Of a DNA stretch of 64,000 nucleotides, positions 8,824-18,453 are shown one piece after another. The notes below the pieces were generated by a model. It worked only from the letters and a program-made list of their open reading frames with translations. It searched no databases and was not told the origin of the DNA. The position numbers and the translations under genes are program-made. The stretch covers positions 3,072,001-3,136,000 of the forward strand of contig CAWJMB010000002.1 in NCBI GenBank assembly GCA_963843845.1, in the 5' to 3' direction. Source of the DNA: an uncultured Gemmatimonadaceae bacterium. GTDB lineage: Bacteria; Gemmatimonadota; Gemmatimonadetes; Gemmatimonadales; Gemmatimonadaceae. Numbering within the stretch: position 1 is the first letter of the stretch; every line of letters starts with the position of its first letter.

Positions 8824-9639
8824 TCAGGCCTCGCCCATGACGAGCCCTTCGATCGTGTGCGCCTGCACGATCGGCTCCAGCGCGTCCACCACGCGGGCGG
8901 CGAGGTGCGGACGCGCCGACGCGGGGAGCGACTCGTAGTAGCCGCGCGTCATCTGCAGGTCGTGCCGCTCGGCGTTGCGCGCGTCCGGCGCGTCGACGCC
9001 GAGCACGAGGACCGGGCGGCTGCGCTGCGAGCGGTTGCGCGTGCCGCGGTGGATCGTGAGCGCCGAACGCGCCGAGATGTCCCCCATCTGCGGCAGCTTG
9101 CGCTGCGCGCGTGCGGCGTAGCGGTCGTACAGCTCGCGCGGCGGGAACATGCCGTGCTCGAAGCCGTCGGGCGGGTCCCACTGCGTGCCCGGCGCGATCT
9201 CGAACGGTCCCATGTCTTCGGTCGTGTCGACGGTCGTGACGTTGAAGGCGAGCGAGTTGAGTCGCCGGCCGACGAGCGTTTCGGGGGGCGACGGGAAGTC
9301 GCGGTGCCACGGCTGGTCGAGGGCGCCGGGCGTCGGCACGTCGAACCCGATCTCGACGATCCGGTAGTCGGGGCCGAGCACGGCCTCGCACACGGCGACG
9401 ACCCACGGGTGCGACACGAGATCGGCGAACCCGCGCAGCCGCTCGGCGTGCGTCTCCACATACCAGCGGTTCGGGCCGCGGCCGACGGCGCCGCCGGGCC
9501 TGCCCAACGCTTCCGCGAAGGCGGCGTCGACGTCCTCGCGGAGCTGCCGCACCCAGTCGCGATCGAACGCGCCGCGGTGCGCGACGATGCCATCGCCGTA
9601 CAGACTCCCCATGATCGCCGCGACGTCGAACGTCGTCAT
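8824..9639 (-). CDS. Phytanoyl-CoA dioxygenase (PhyH) family Fe(II)/2-oxoglutarate dioxygenase
   Basis: QPWHRD (HxD), distal IHRG..NRS...R; RBS GGAG before ATG 9639; C-terminal part of ORF 8824..12285. Confidence 0.85.
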   Translation of the reverse strand: MTTFDVAAIMGSLYGDGIVAHRGAFDRDWVRQLREDVDAAFAEALGRPGGAVGRGPNRWYVETHAERLRGFADLVSHPWVVAVCEAVLGPDYRIVEIGFDVPTPGALDQPWHRDFPSPPETLVGRRLNSLAFNVTTVDTTEDMGPFEIAPGTQWDPPDGFEHGMFPPRELYDRYAARAQRKLPQMGDISARSALTIHRGTRNRSQRSRPVLVLGVDAPDARNAERHDLQMTRGYYESLPASARPHLAARVVDALEPIVQAHTIEGLVMGEA

Positions 9640-9653
9640 GTCGATGCTCCTGC

Positions 9654-12538
9654 CTAACGGTCGTCGCCGCCCGACGTGCCGTCGCGCAGCACGAAGAGCA
9701 CGGTCGGGTCCACGGGGTAGCGGCCGAAGCGCGCGCCGTAGATCGCGAGGCCGCCGGGGAGCGCGTCGCTCACCTCGAGCCGCACGACGACCTCGCCGCT
9801 CCGCGCCGCGTCGGCGAGCGCCGCGGCGGGGATCGGCACGCGCAGCAGCTCGCCGTACGAGCCTGCCTCGCGCAGCCGACGGTCGCGGAGCTGCGCGTGC
9901 CAGCTCAGGATGCCGCGCGAGTCCGCGGGGTCGTCGGCGAGGTCCCATCGGCCGGCGAGGGCGCCGTTCACGCGCACGCCGACCGCGCTCGGGAACTTCG
10001 TCGCGCCGGTCATCGGGTACGCGTTCGGGTTCGCGCTCGGGTCGTGGAAGCCCTCGCCGCGCATGTAGTCGCCGCTCTGCTTCTGCGTCGAGTCGCGGTC
10101 CTTGCCGTTGAGGCGCTTCGCCGACGCCTCGACGAGGAACGTCGCGCTCGCGACGTCCCCCGCGGCGAGCCCGCGCGGCCACGGGATGCGGTACTCGAAG
10201 AACCCGCTCCCCGCCCCGTTCACCTTGAGGCTGTCGAGGATCGTCCACCGCTTGAGCGACCACGCCCCCGCGGCCGGCAGCGCGGAGACGCGCGCGACCC
10301 GGGCGCGCCGGCCGTCGGCGAGCGTCGCCGTCGCGGCGCGCTCGCCCTCGACGACGAACGTCGTGAAGTTGCGGTGCAGCACGGTGCCGCTCGCGTCCTC
10401 GAGGCGAACGGCGAGGACGGCGACGGCCGGCTCGCTCGGCATCGTGACCGACAGCGGGGCGAGCGCCTGCGCCATGTACGGCCGGTACGGCACGCGGCGC
10501 ATCGACGTCGCGTACGAGCGGCGCTCGCCGAGCGCGTTCCAGCCGGAGAGCTCTGTGCGCAGCACGAGCGAGTCCCCGAACGCTGCCGGGCCGCCGAGGA
10601 ACGACGCGTAGAGGGGGACGCTCAGTTGCGCGCCCGGGCGCACGGCCTGGCTCAACTCCGGCGCGCCGACGGCGACGTAGAGCGGCGCGTGCAGATCGCG
10701 CAGCGACATGCCCCCGACGAGGTCGTCGAAGCCGGTCTCCTTCCACGAGCGGTCGAAGCGCCAGTAGCCGTTCCACTCGTTGATGACGTCGTGATGCTCC
10801 GTGTACAGCCAGCCGGAGAGCTTCGGGTGGCGGCGGAAGGCGTCGACGGCACGGTGGTAGTCCCAGCTCCAGTCGACGTCGCCGGTGCTCCCCTCGTAGC
10901 CCCACACGTTGCCGAACTCGGAGTTGAACATCGGCTGCCGCGCCTGCGTCCACGGCCGCTCGAAGTTCCACGGCGAGCCTGCTGTCGTGCTGTCGCTCAT
11001 CACGTCGAGCGTGCGCTCCCACTCCCAGCCGGGGAGGTAGTTGTGCCACGTGTTGAGGTCCGTCTCGGTGTGGCCGCGCCCGCAGCACACCGAGTTGTCC
11101 TCGACGAGTCGCGTCGGGTCGAGCGACTTCGCGAGGCGGTAGACGCTCGCGACCTTGCGCTGCGTCTCGGGGAGGTAGCGCTCGCGATCGCCCTGCTTCG
11201 TCGTGAGCCCCCACGTCTCGTTGAACGCGATCCACGAGAATACGGCGGGGTGGTTGTAGTCGCGGTCGATCATGCCGCGCATGGCGGCTTCGTGCTCGCG
11301 GAAGCTCGCGGAGTCCGGCGGTCCCCACCAGTTCGGCACGTCGGCCATGATGAGCACGCCGAGGCGGTCGGCCCAGTACAGCTTGCGCGGCGTCTCGATC
11401 TTGATGTGCTCGCGCAGCCCGTTGAGCCCGATCTGCCGCGCGCGCAGGATCTCGTCGCGCAGAATGCTGTCGGTCGGGAACGTGTAGAAGCCGGTCGGAT
11501 GGTACGCCTGGTCGAGCGCGAGCTGCAGGTAGACCGGGCGGCCGTTGATCGCGACGTACGGATAGGTCGTGCCGGGCAGATCGGCGACGCCGATCGTGCG
11601 CATGCCGAAGTAGGTGCGTACGCGGTCCTCGGCCACGCCGTCGCCGCTCACCGTCGCCGTCACTTCGTGCAGAAACGGGTCGTCGAGCGACCACGGCCGA
11701 GCGTTCGGCAGCGGCACGTCGACGCGGACCGTGGTCGCGCCGCGCGGCACGCGTTGCGTCACCTCGGGCTGGCCGTCGCGGTTCGTGAACGCGAGGCGGA
11801 GCGTCAGGTCGCGCGGCGCCGGCTCGCGCAGCCGCGCGTCGACACGCACGCCGGCGAGGTCGGCGCGCGGCGTGAAGTGCACCGTCTCGAGCGGGACGGT
11901 GCCGCGCGCTTCCAGGTAGACCGTCTGCCACATGCCGCGCGCCTTCCCGTACCCCTGCTTCCCTTCGAGCTTGAAGTCGTGCGGCGTGTCGTCGACGCGC
12001 ACGACGAGGCGGTGCGAGGTGCCTAACGCGAGCGGCGCGCCCGGCGCGGTGAGCTCGAAGGAGAACGGCGTGTACCCGCCCTGGTGCTCGCCGAGCTTGC
12101 GACCGTCGAGCCAGGCGGCCGTGCGCCAGTCGGAGGCGCCGAAGACGACGAAGACGCGTCGCCCGCGCCACGACTCGCGGCACGGTGATCGTGCGCGCGT
12201 ACCAGCCGACGTCCGCGCTGTCCGGCACGCCGGACGCCGGCGCTCCCCACGAGAACGGCACGAGGATGCGGTGTGCCGACGGCATCCCGCCGCTCGGCCA
12301 CCCGAGCCGCTCGCCGGCCGTCCGCCCTGTCGAACGCGAACTGCCAGCGCCCGTTCAGGTTCAGCCATTCCGCGCGCTCGAAGTCGGGGCGCGGGTGCTC
12401 GGGGAGCGGGACCGTGTCCGCACGGAGCGCGGCCCGCGGCGGCGCGCTCTGCGACTGCGCGCACGGCGAGGTGCCTGGGAGCGCGACGAGCGCGGCGAGC
12501 GCGGCGCACGCGGCGCGCGCGAGGTGTGAGCGGTGCAT
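9654..12538 (-). CDS. Glycoside hydrolase family 2, secreted; apparent frameshifts near 12180-12330
   Basis: PEHPRPDFERAEWLNLNGRWQF, HQGGYTPF, YFGMR, LDQAYHP, REHIK, FNETWG, NSEFG; N-terminus is split over three frames. Confidence 0.85.
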
Positions 12539-12590
12539 CGGGTGAGCGCGGATCATGAGAGATCGAGTCGAGTCGCGGGAGCGCGGCGGG

Positions 12591-13697
12591 TCACCGGCAC
12601 TCGCCCGACGGCGCCGGGAGCGGCTGCCGCACGGGCACCGGCGTGCCGAAGTCGGGCGAGCCGTCGGCGTGCCAGCCGAACCGCTGCAGCGCGCACGTCG
12701 CGCTCCCAGCCCGGGCGTCGTCGAGACCTTCGCGTGGTACGCGATCCAGTCCTCGCGACCGTCGGGCGACGTCGTGAAGCTCGCGTGGCCGACGCCGAAG
12801 ACGGTCGTCGGTGCCCGGCGAACGCCGGCCCCGACTTCTCCCAGCTCGCCGGGTCGAGCGGGTCGGCGCCGCGCAGCCGCAGCACGCCGAGTCGGTAGTC
12901 GCGGCAGCCACGACTCGCGCGTCGAGTAGACGAGGAAGGTCGCGCCGCCGCGCGCGAGCACTTCGGGCCCCTCCTGCAGGTCGAGCTCCGTGCCGCGCTC
13001 CCACGGCGCGACCGGCGACGAGATGCGCACGCGGTTCGTCGCGATCGTGTACGGGTTGGCCATGCGTGCCGCGTAGGTGTGCTGCGGCGTGCGGTCGGTC
13101 GCCGCGTCGCCAGTCCAGCCGGACCAGAACGCGTAGAGCGCCCCGTTCACGCGGCCGACCGTGAGGTCGATCGCCCAGTAGGGGTGAGCGCGCGTCGCGA
13201 CCGAGTCGCCGGTGTAGAGCATGCCGCGGTCGACGTAACGCACCCTGCGGGTCGTCGCTCGACCGACTCGAGCACGCCGGCGCGCTGGTGCAGGAACGGC
13301 GGCCCCGCGCGGCCGGCGGCGTAGTAGATGTACCAGCGCCCGTCGATCCAGTGCAGCTCCGGCGCCCACACGTTGCGTGCGGTTCCAGCCGGTGTCGGGC
13401 GCCGTCCACACCTTCACACCGTGCTGCGCCGGGCGCGTGAGCGCGTTGGATCGGTAGACCCAGATCGCGTCGTTCCGCGACTGCACGAGGTAGTACGTGT
13501 CGGTCTCGCCGCACGATCCACGGGTCGGCGCCGCGCAGGATCGGGTTCGTGAACGTGCACGCGGCCGCTCCCGCCACGCCCGCCGGCGCGGTGCCGGCGG
13601 GCGTGGCGGGGGCGCCGGCGCGGTGACAGCCGCCGGCGAGTGCGGTGCCCAGCGCGAGGACGAGCGCGCGAGGCACCTGCCGCGAGCGCGCGGTCAC
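12591..13697 (-). CDS. Glycoside hydrolase family 43 lipoprotein (furanosidase-like); multiple apparent frameshifts
   Basis: Fragments in different frames: LAGGC lipobox, FTNPILRGADPW, WAPELHWIDGRWYIYYAA, WAID, LQEGPE, GVGHASFTTSPDGREDWIAYHAK, GSPDFGTP; GTGA overlap with the susD stop. Confidence 0.8.
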   Translation of the reverse strand: MTARSRQVPRALVLALGTALAGGCHRAGAPATPAGTAPAGVAGAAACTFTNPILRGADPWIVRRDRHVLPRAVAERRDLGLPIQRAHAPGAARCEGVDGARHRLEPHATCGRRSCTGSTGAGTSTTPPAARGRRSCTSAPACSSRSSDDPQGALRRPRHALHRRLGRDARSPLLGDRPHGRPRERGALRVLVRLDWRRGDRPHAAAHLRGTHGQPVHDRDEPRAHLVAGRAVGARHGARPAGGARSARARRRDLPRLLDARVVAAATTDSACCGCAAPTRSTRRAGRSRGRRSPGTDDRLRRRPRELHDVARRSRGLDRVPREGLDDARAGSATCALQRFGWHADGSPDFGTPVPVRQPLPAPSGECR

Positions 13698-15206
13698 CAC
13701 CCCGGGTTCTGTCGCACGTTCGGGTTCAGGTTCCGTTCTCGCTGCGGGATCGGCAACAGCTGCGACTTCCCGGCGACGAACGTGTTGAAGTCGGTGTCGT
13801 GCGACCGAAGCGTCGCGAGATCGGCGAACAGGTTCTGCCGGCCGAGGTCGAGCCACCGCTGCCCCTCGAGCCCGAACTCGAGCAGCCGCTCCTTGAGGAT
13901 CGCGGCGCGCAGCCGCGGCCTGCGAGAGCGAGGTCGCGAGCGGGCGGAGACCGGCGCGCGCGCGCACCTGGTTGACGAGCGGGATCGCCGCACTCGTCTG
14001 CCCCTGCTCGTTCAGCGCCTCGGCCTGCATGAGCAGCACGTCGGCGTAGCGCAGCACCTTGTAGTTGATCTGCGCCTCCCACGTCTGGTCGTTCGAGCCG
14101 GTGTAGTACTCGCCGTACTTCTTGAAGTAGATGCGCGTCGTGTCGTTGTAGTTGCCGGGGTCCGCCTGCTGCCACTGCGCCCACGTGCGCGCATAGACGG
14201 GCGTGTTCGGCCCCTTGTAGTAGAACAGCGTCGCGTCGAGGCGCGGGTCGACCTGGCCGGTCGTCGTCGAGTCGAGGAAGAACTGCTGCAGGTACCAGCG
14301 CGTCGGGCGGCCGTCACAGTAGCCGGGCCCGCAGGCGCCGGCCATCTTCGCGATGTTCAGCCCGCAGAGCCCCTGGCCGCAGAGGTCGACGTTCCCCATC
14401 TGCACCTCGAACAGGCTCTCCGCGCTGTTGTTGCCCCCCTGCGTGAAGAGCGTCGCGTAGCTCGGGACGAGCGAGTAGCCGCCGTACGTGCCGGCGACGA
14501 CGGGCGCGAGCGCCGCCGAGGCCTGCGTCCACTTCCGCTCCTGCAGCAGCGTCTTGCCGAGCATCCCCTGGGCGGCGCCGGCCGTCGCGCGCCCGCCGGC
14601 CTGCGACGTGAGCTGCCGCGGCAGCGCGGCGGCCGCCTCGGTGAAGTCCTTCTCGATCTGCGCGAACACCGTCGCGCTGTCGGAGCTCGCCGGGCGGTCG
14701 GTCGCCGACGGCGGCGTCGTGATGAGCGGCACCTGGGCGCCGTAGAGCGTGATGAGGTGGAAGTACGCGAGGCCGCGGAGGAACTTCGCTTCGGCGAGGT
14801 ACGTCGCCTTGCGCGTCGCGTCCATGTCGATGCCGGGCACGTTCGCGAGCACCAGGTTCGCCCGGTTGATGAGCAGGTACGTCTCGTTCCACGTGTCGCG
14901 GTTGATGTCGAAGTCGTACCCCGACGGGAACTGGAACTTCGAGAACGCGTTCAGCTCGGCCCACGGGCTCGTGTTCGTGGTGCCGACGTCCGAGCGCGTG
15001 TCGTAGGAGAAGGCCTGCCAGCGCTGGAACGTGCCGAGGCGGAGCAGCGCGTTGTACGACGCCGTGACGCCGGCGCCCGCGTCGGTCGCCGTCCGCCAGA
15101 AGTTGCCGGAGCTCGGCGCGTTCGGGTCGGTGACGTCGACGTCGTTCCGGCAGCCGACGAGCGCGGCGCCCGCCAGGGTCGAGAGGAGAAGTGTGCGAAG
15201 TCGCAT
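13694..15206 (-). CDS. RagB/SusD-family surface glycan-binding lipoprotein; one apparent frameshift near 13915
   Basis: LVGC lipobox, AEAKFLRGLAYF, ESLFEVQ, LRYADVLLMQAEA, ERLLEFGLEGQRWLDL, LLPIPQRE, QNPGW terminus. Confidence 0.92.
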
Positions 15207-15234
15207 GAGTGTCTGAGGCGAGGTGCGGGGCCCG

Positions 15235-18200
15235 TTAGAAGCGAACGTCGATGCCGAACGTGAACGTGCGCGGGTTCGGGTAGATCAGGCCGTCGTCCAC
15301 GCCGCGCGCGAGCGGGCGCCGAAGCCGAGCACCTCGGGGTCGTAGCCGGAGTATTTCGTGAACGTGTAGAGGTTCTGCACGTTCACGTAGAGCCGCGGCC
15401 GATCGGCGCCGGAGAGGCGCAGGCGCTGCACCACGGTCTGGGGCAGCCGGAGGCCGAGCACGAGGTTCTGCACGCGCACGAAGTCGCCGCGCTCGAGCCA
15501 GCGGTCGCTCACCGGGTCGCCGTTCACCGCGTCGCCGAACACCGCGCGCGGGGTGTCGGTGTCGGTGTTCGTCGTCGTCCACGGGCTGTACCCTGCGCGC
15601 AGGTTGCTGAGCCCCGTCGTGCGCTCGGTCGCCAGCTTGATCGCGTTGTAGATCTTGTTGCCGAACGAGCCGCGCAGGTTCACGCCGACGTCGAGCGCGC
15701 GCCAGTGCGAGTCGAGGAACAGTCCGCTCGTGAACTTCGGGATCGCCTTGTCGATGAAGACGCGATCGTTGTCGTTGATGACGTTGTCGACGCGGCCGAG
15801 CGAGTCCGGCTGGTCGACGAAGCAGAGGTCGCCGGGGCGCGCGCTCGGCTGCGCCTTGTGCGCCGCGACCTCCGCCGCCGACTGGAAGATGCCGCACGTC
15901 TGCTTGACGTAGAACGCGCCGATCTCGTGGCCGACCGCAGTGCGCGCGACGCCGAAGAGCGCGTCGGTGATCGGCTGGCCGCCGTTGCCCAACGACACCA
16001 CGCGGTTGCGCGTCGTCGTGAAGTTGAGCGACGTGTTGAGCCCGAAGGCGCCGCGCTCGTAGCGGTGCGTGGCGCCGAACTCGAAGCCGGTGTTGCGCAC
16101 CTCGCCGGCGTTCACCGCCGGGTCCGACGACGACGCGAGCGAGCCGGGGAGCGGCAGGTTCACGAGCAGTTGGTCGGCGTCGTTGCGGTAGTAGTCCGCC
16201 GTGATCGACAGCCGGTTGTTCATCAGTCCGAGGTCGACGCCGACGTCCGACGACCGGTTGCGCTGCCAGCGCAGGTCGGTGTTCGCGAGCTGGTCCTGCG
16301 TCGCACCGCCCGCGATGACGGTGGCGCCGCTCGGCCCGTTCGTCACGTAGTTCACGTTCTGCGCGACCGGAACGAAGTAGCGCAGGTCGCCGATGTTCTG
16401 GTCGCCGAGCACGCCGGTGCTCGCGCGCACCTTGAAGAAGCTCGCGCCGCCGAGCAGCGGGATCGAGCGCCAGAACGCTTCCTCGCTCGCCACCCAGCCG
16501 ACCGACCCGGCGCCGAAGGTGCCGCAGCGGTTGCCGGGGCTGAAGCGCGACGAGCAGTCGCGGCGTCCGCTGCCGGTGACGAGGTAGCGGTCGCGGAATG
16601 CGTACGTCACGCGCGCGAGCAACGAGTTGTTGCGGAACGGCGTGAGGAACCCGCCGTTCGTGAACCCGGTCGTGGAGCCGGCGTTCAGCTGCTGCAGCGC
16701 CTCGCTGCTGAAGCCCTGGCGGAACGCGCTGAGCTGCTGGTAGTCGTTGCGCTGCGACGTCTGTCCCGCCGCCGCGGAGAGGCGGTGGTCGCGGCCGAGC
16801 ACGTCGTCGTAGGTCAGCAGATTCTCGTAGAGCAACTGCTGGTTGTTCGGCGCTTCCTGGAACAGCGACGCGCCGGTGAGCACCGGCGTGAGGTAGCGCA
16901 CCTGGTTCGCGCTCGTCCACACGGTGTGCTGCAGGTCGTTGTAGTTGATGCCGAGGTTCAGGCGGTAGCGCAGGTTGCCGACGATGCGCACCTCGCCGAA
17001 CGCCGTGCCGATGACCTGGTTCGACCGCGCGCGGTTCGAGTTGTTCGTGAGGACGGCGATCGGGTTCACGCCGTAGTTCGGGTTCGCGTCGTTGCCGTAG
17101 CCCCACCCGCCCGGGTTGTTCGGGTCGCGCACCGGGATCGTCGGCAGCAGGCTCACGACGTCGACGAGCGGCAGCGCCTGCCCGCCGAAGATGCCGTTCG
17201 GGAACGCGCGCTGGTTCGACTGGGAGAGCGCGATCGCCTCACCGACGCGCACGCGCCCCGTCGACGCCTCCGAGTTCACGCGCAGGCTGTAGCGGCGGAA
17301 GCCGGTGTTCATCACCGTTCCCTTCTGGTCGAGCGCCGACCCGCTGAGCAGGTACGTGGCGCTCCCCGTGCCGCCGGACGCGGTCAGGTTGTAGTTCTGG
17401 ATCGCGCCGCCCTGGAACAGCGCGTCCTGCCAGTCGGTGTTGATCGAAGACGCCTGGCTGACGCCCGTCGGCACGACGAGCTGCGCGTTCGCCGGGAGCT
17501 GGGCGTTCGCGTTCTGGTACGCCTGCTGGAAGATCGCCTGGTACTCCGCCGCGCTCGCGAGCGGAATGCGCTTCGGGATCTCCTGGTAGCCGAAGTAGCT
17601 GTTCAGCGAGAAGCGGTTCGGTCCCGCCTCGCCGCGGCGCGTCGTGATGACGACGACGCCGTTCGACGCCTGCGCGCCGTACTGCGCGGCGGCCGACGCG
17701 TCCTTGAGGATGTTGATCGACGCGATGTCGTCGGGGTTGAGATTCGGGTTCTGCGCCCCGAGGTACATGCCGTCGACGACGTAGAGCGGCGACGGATTGC
17801 CGAAGCCGTTCTGTCCGCGGACGACGATCTGCGCCGGCCGACCTGGCTGTCCGCTCGCGGCGATCTGCACGCCGGGAGTGCGCCCGCGCAGCGCCTCCTC
17901 GACCGTGGCGACCTTCTGGTCGCGCAGGTCGTCGCCGCTCACCGTCGTCACGGCGCCCGAGATGTCGCGTCGCGTCTCGTTCGTGTAGCCGACGACGGCG
18001 ACCGCGGAGAGCTGTGTCGCGCTCGTGGCGAGCGTCACGTCCGCCGTGACGGTCGCACCGTCGCCGACGTTGACCTGCTGCGTGGCCGGCGTGTAGCCGA
18101 TCCGCGCGACGCGGAGCGTGTAGGTGCCGGCTGGGACGCCGCTGATCGTGAAGCGCCCATCGTCGCCGGCCACGGCGCCGAACGCCGTGCCCTGGAGCGT

Positions 18201-18401
18201 GACCTGCGCCGACGGGACCGGCTGCCCGCCGTCACCGCGCACGGTGCCGGTGACGCGTGCCGTGCCGCGCGGCGGCTGCTGCGCGCGCGCGACCGCCGGC
18301 GCGAGCGCGTTCGTGAGCAGGGCGGCCGGCGACCAGGCGAGCCCGAGTGCGGTCACCAGCCCTGCGGCGGCCCGCGTCGAGCGGTACGAGGGGGAGATCA
18401 A
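15235..18401 (-). CDS. SusC/RagA-family TonB-dependent outer membrane transporter; apparent frameshift near 15310
   Basis: Carboxypeptidase-regulatory-like N-domain, PLYVVDG, ILKDASAAAQYGAQASNGVVVITT plug, YSGYDPE, YPNPRTFTFGIDVRF terminus; TTG start at 18401 chosen for GGAGG RBS (alternative GTG 18449). Confidence 0.92.
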
Positions 18402-18453
18402 AGTGCGGTCCTCCGCGAGGATCGGAAAAGGTGCGGCCCGGCGCCTCACGCGC

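Noticed and set aside
8824..12285. 1153-aa ORF
   Set aside because: Only the last 271 aa (dioxygenase, own RBS) and a short GH2 fragment are real
12591..15206. SusD-GH43 fusion (871 aa)
   Set aside because: SusD ends normally (QNPGW, stop 13694) in another frame, and GH43 has its own lipoprotein signal
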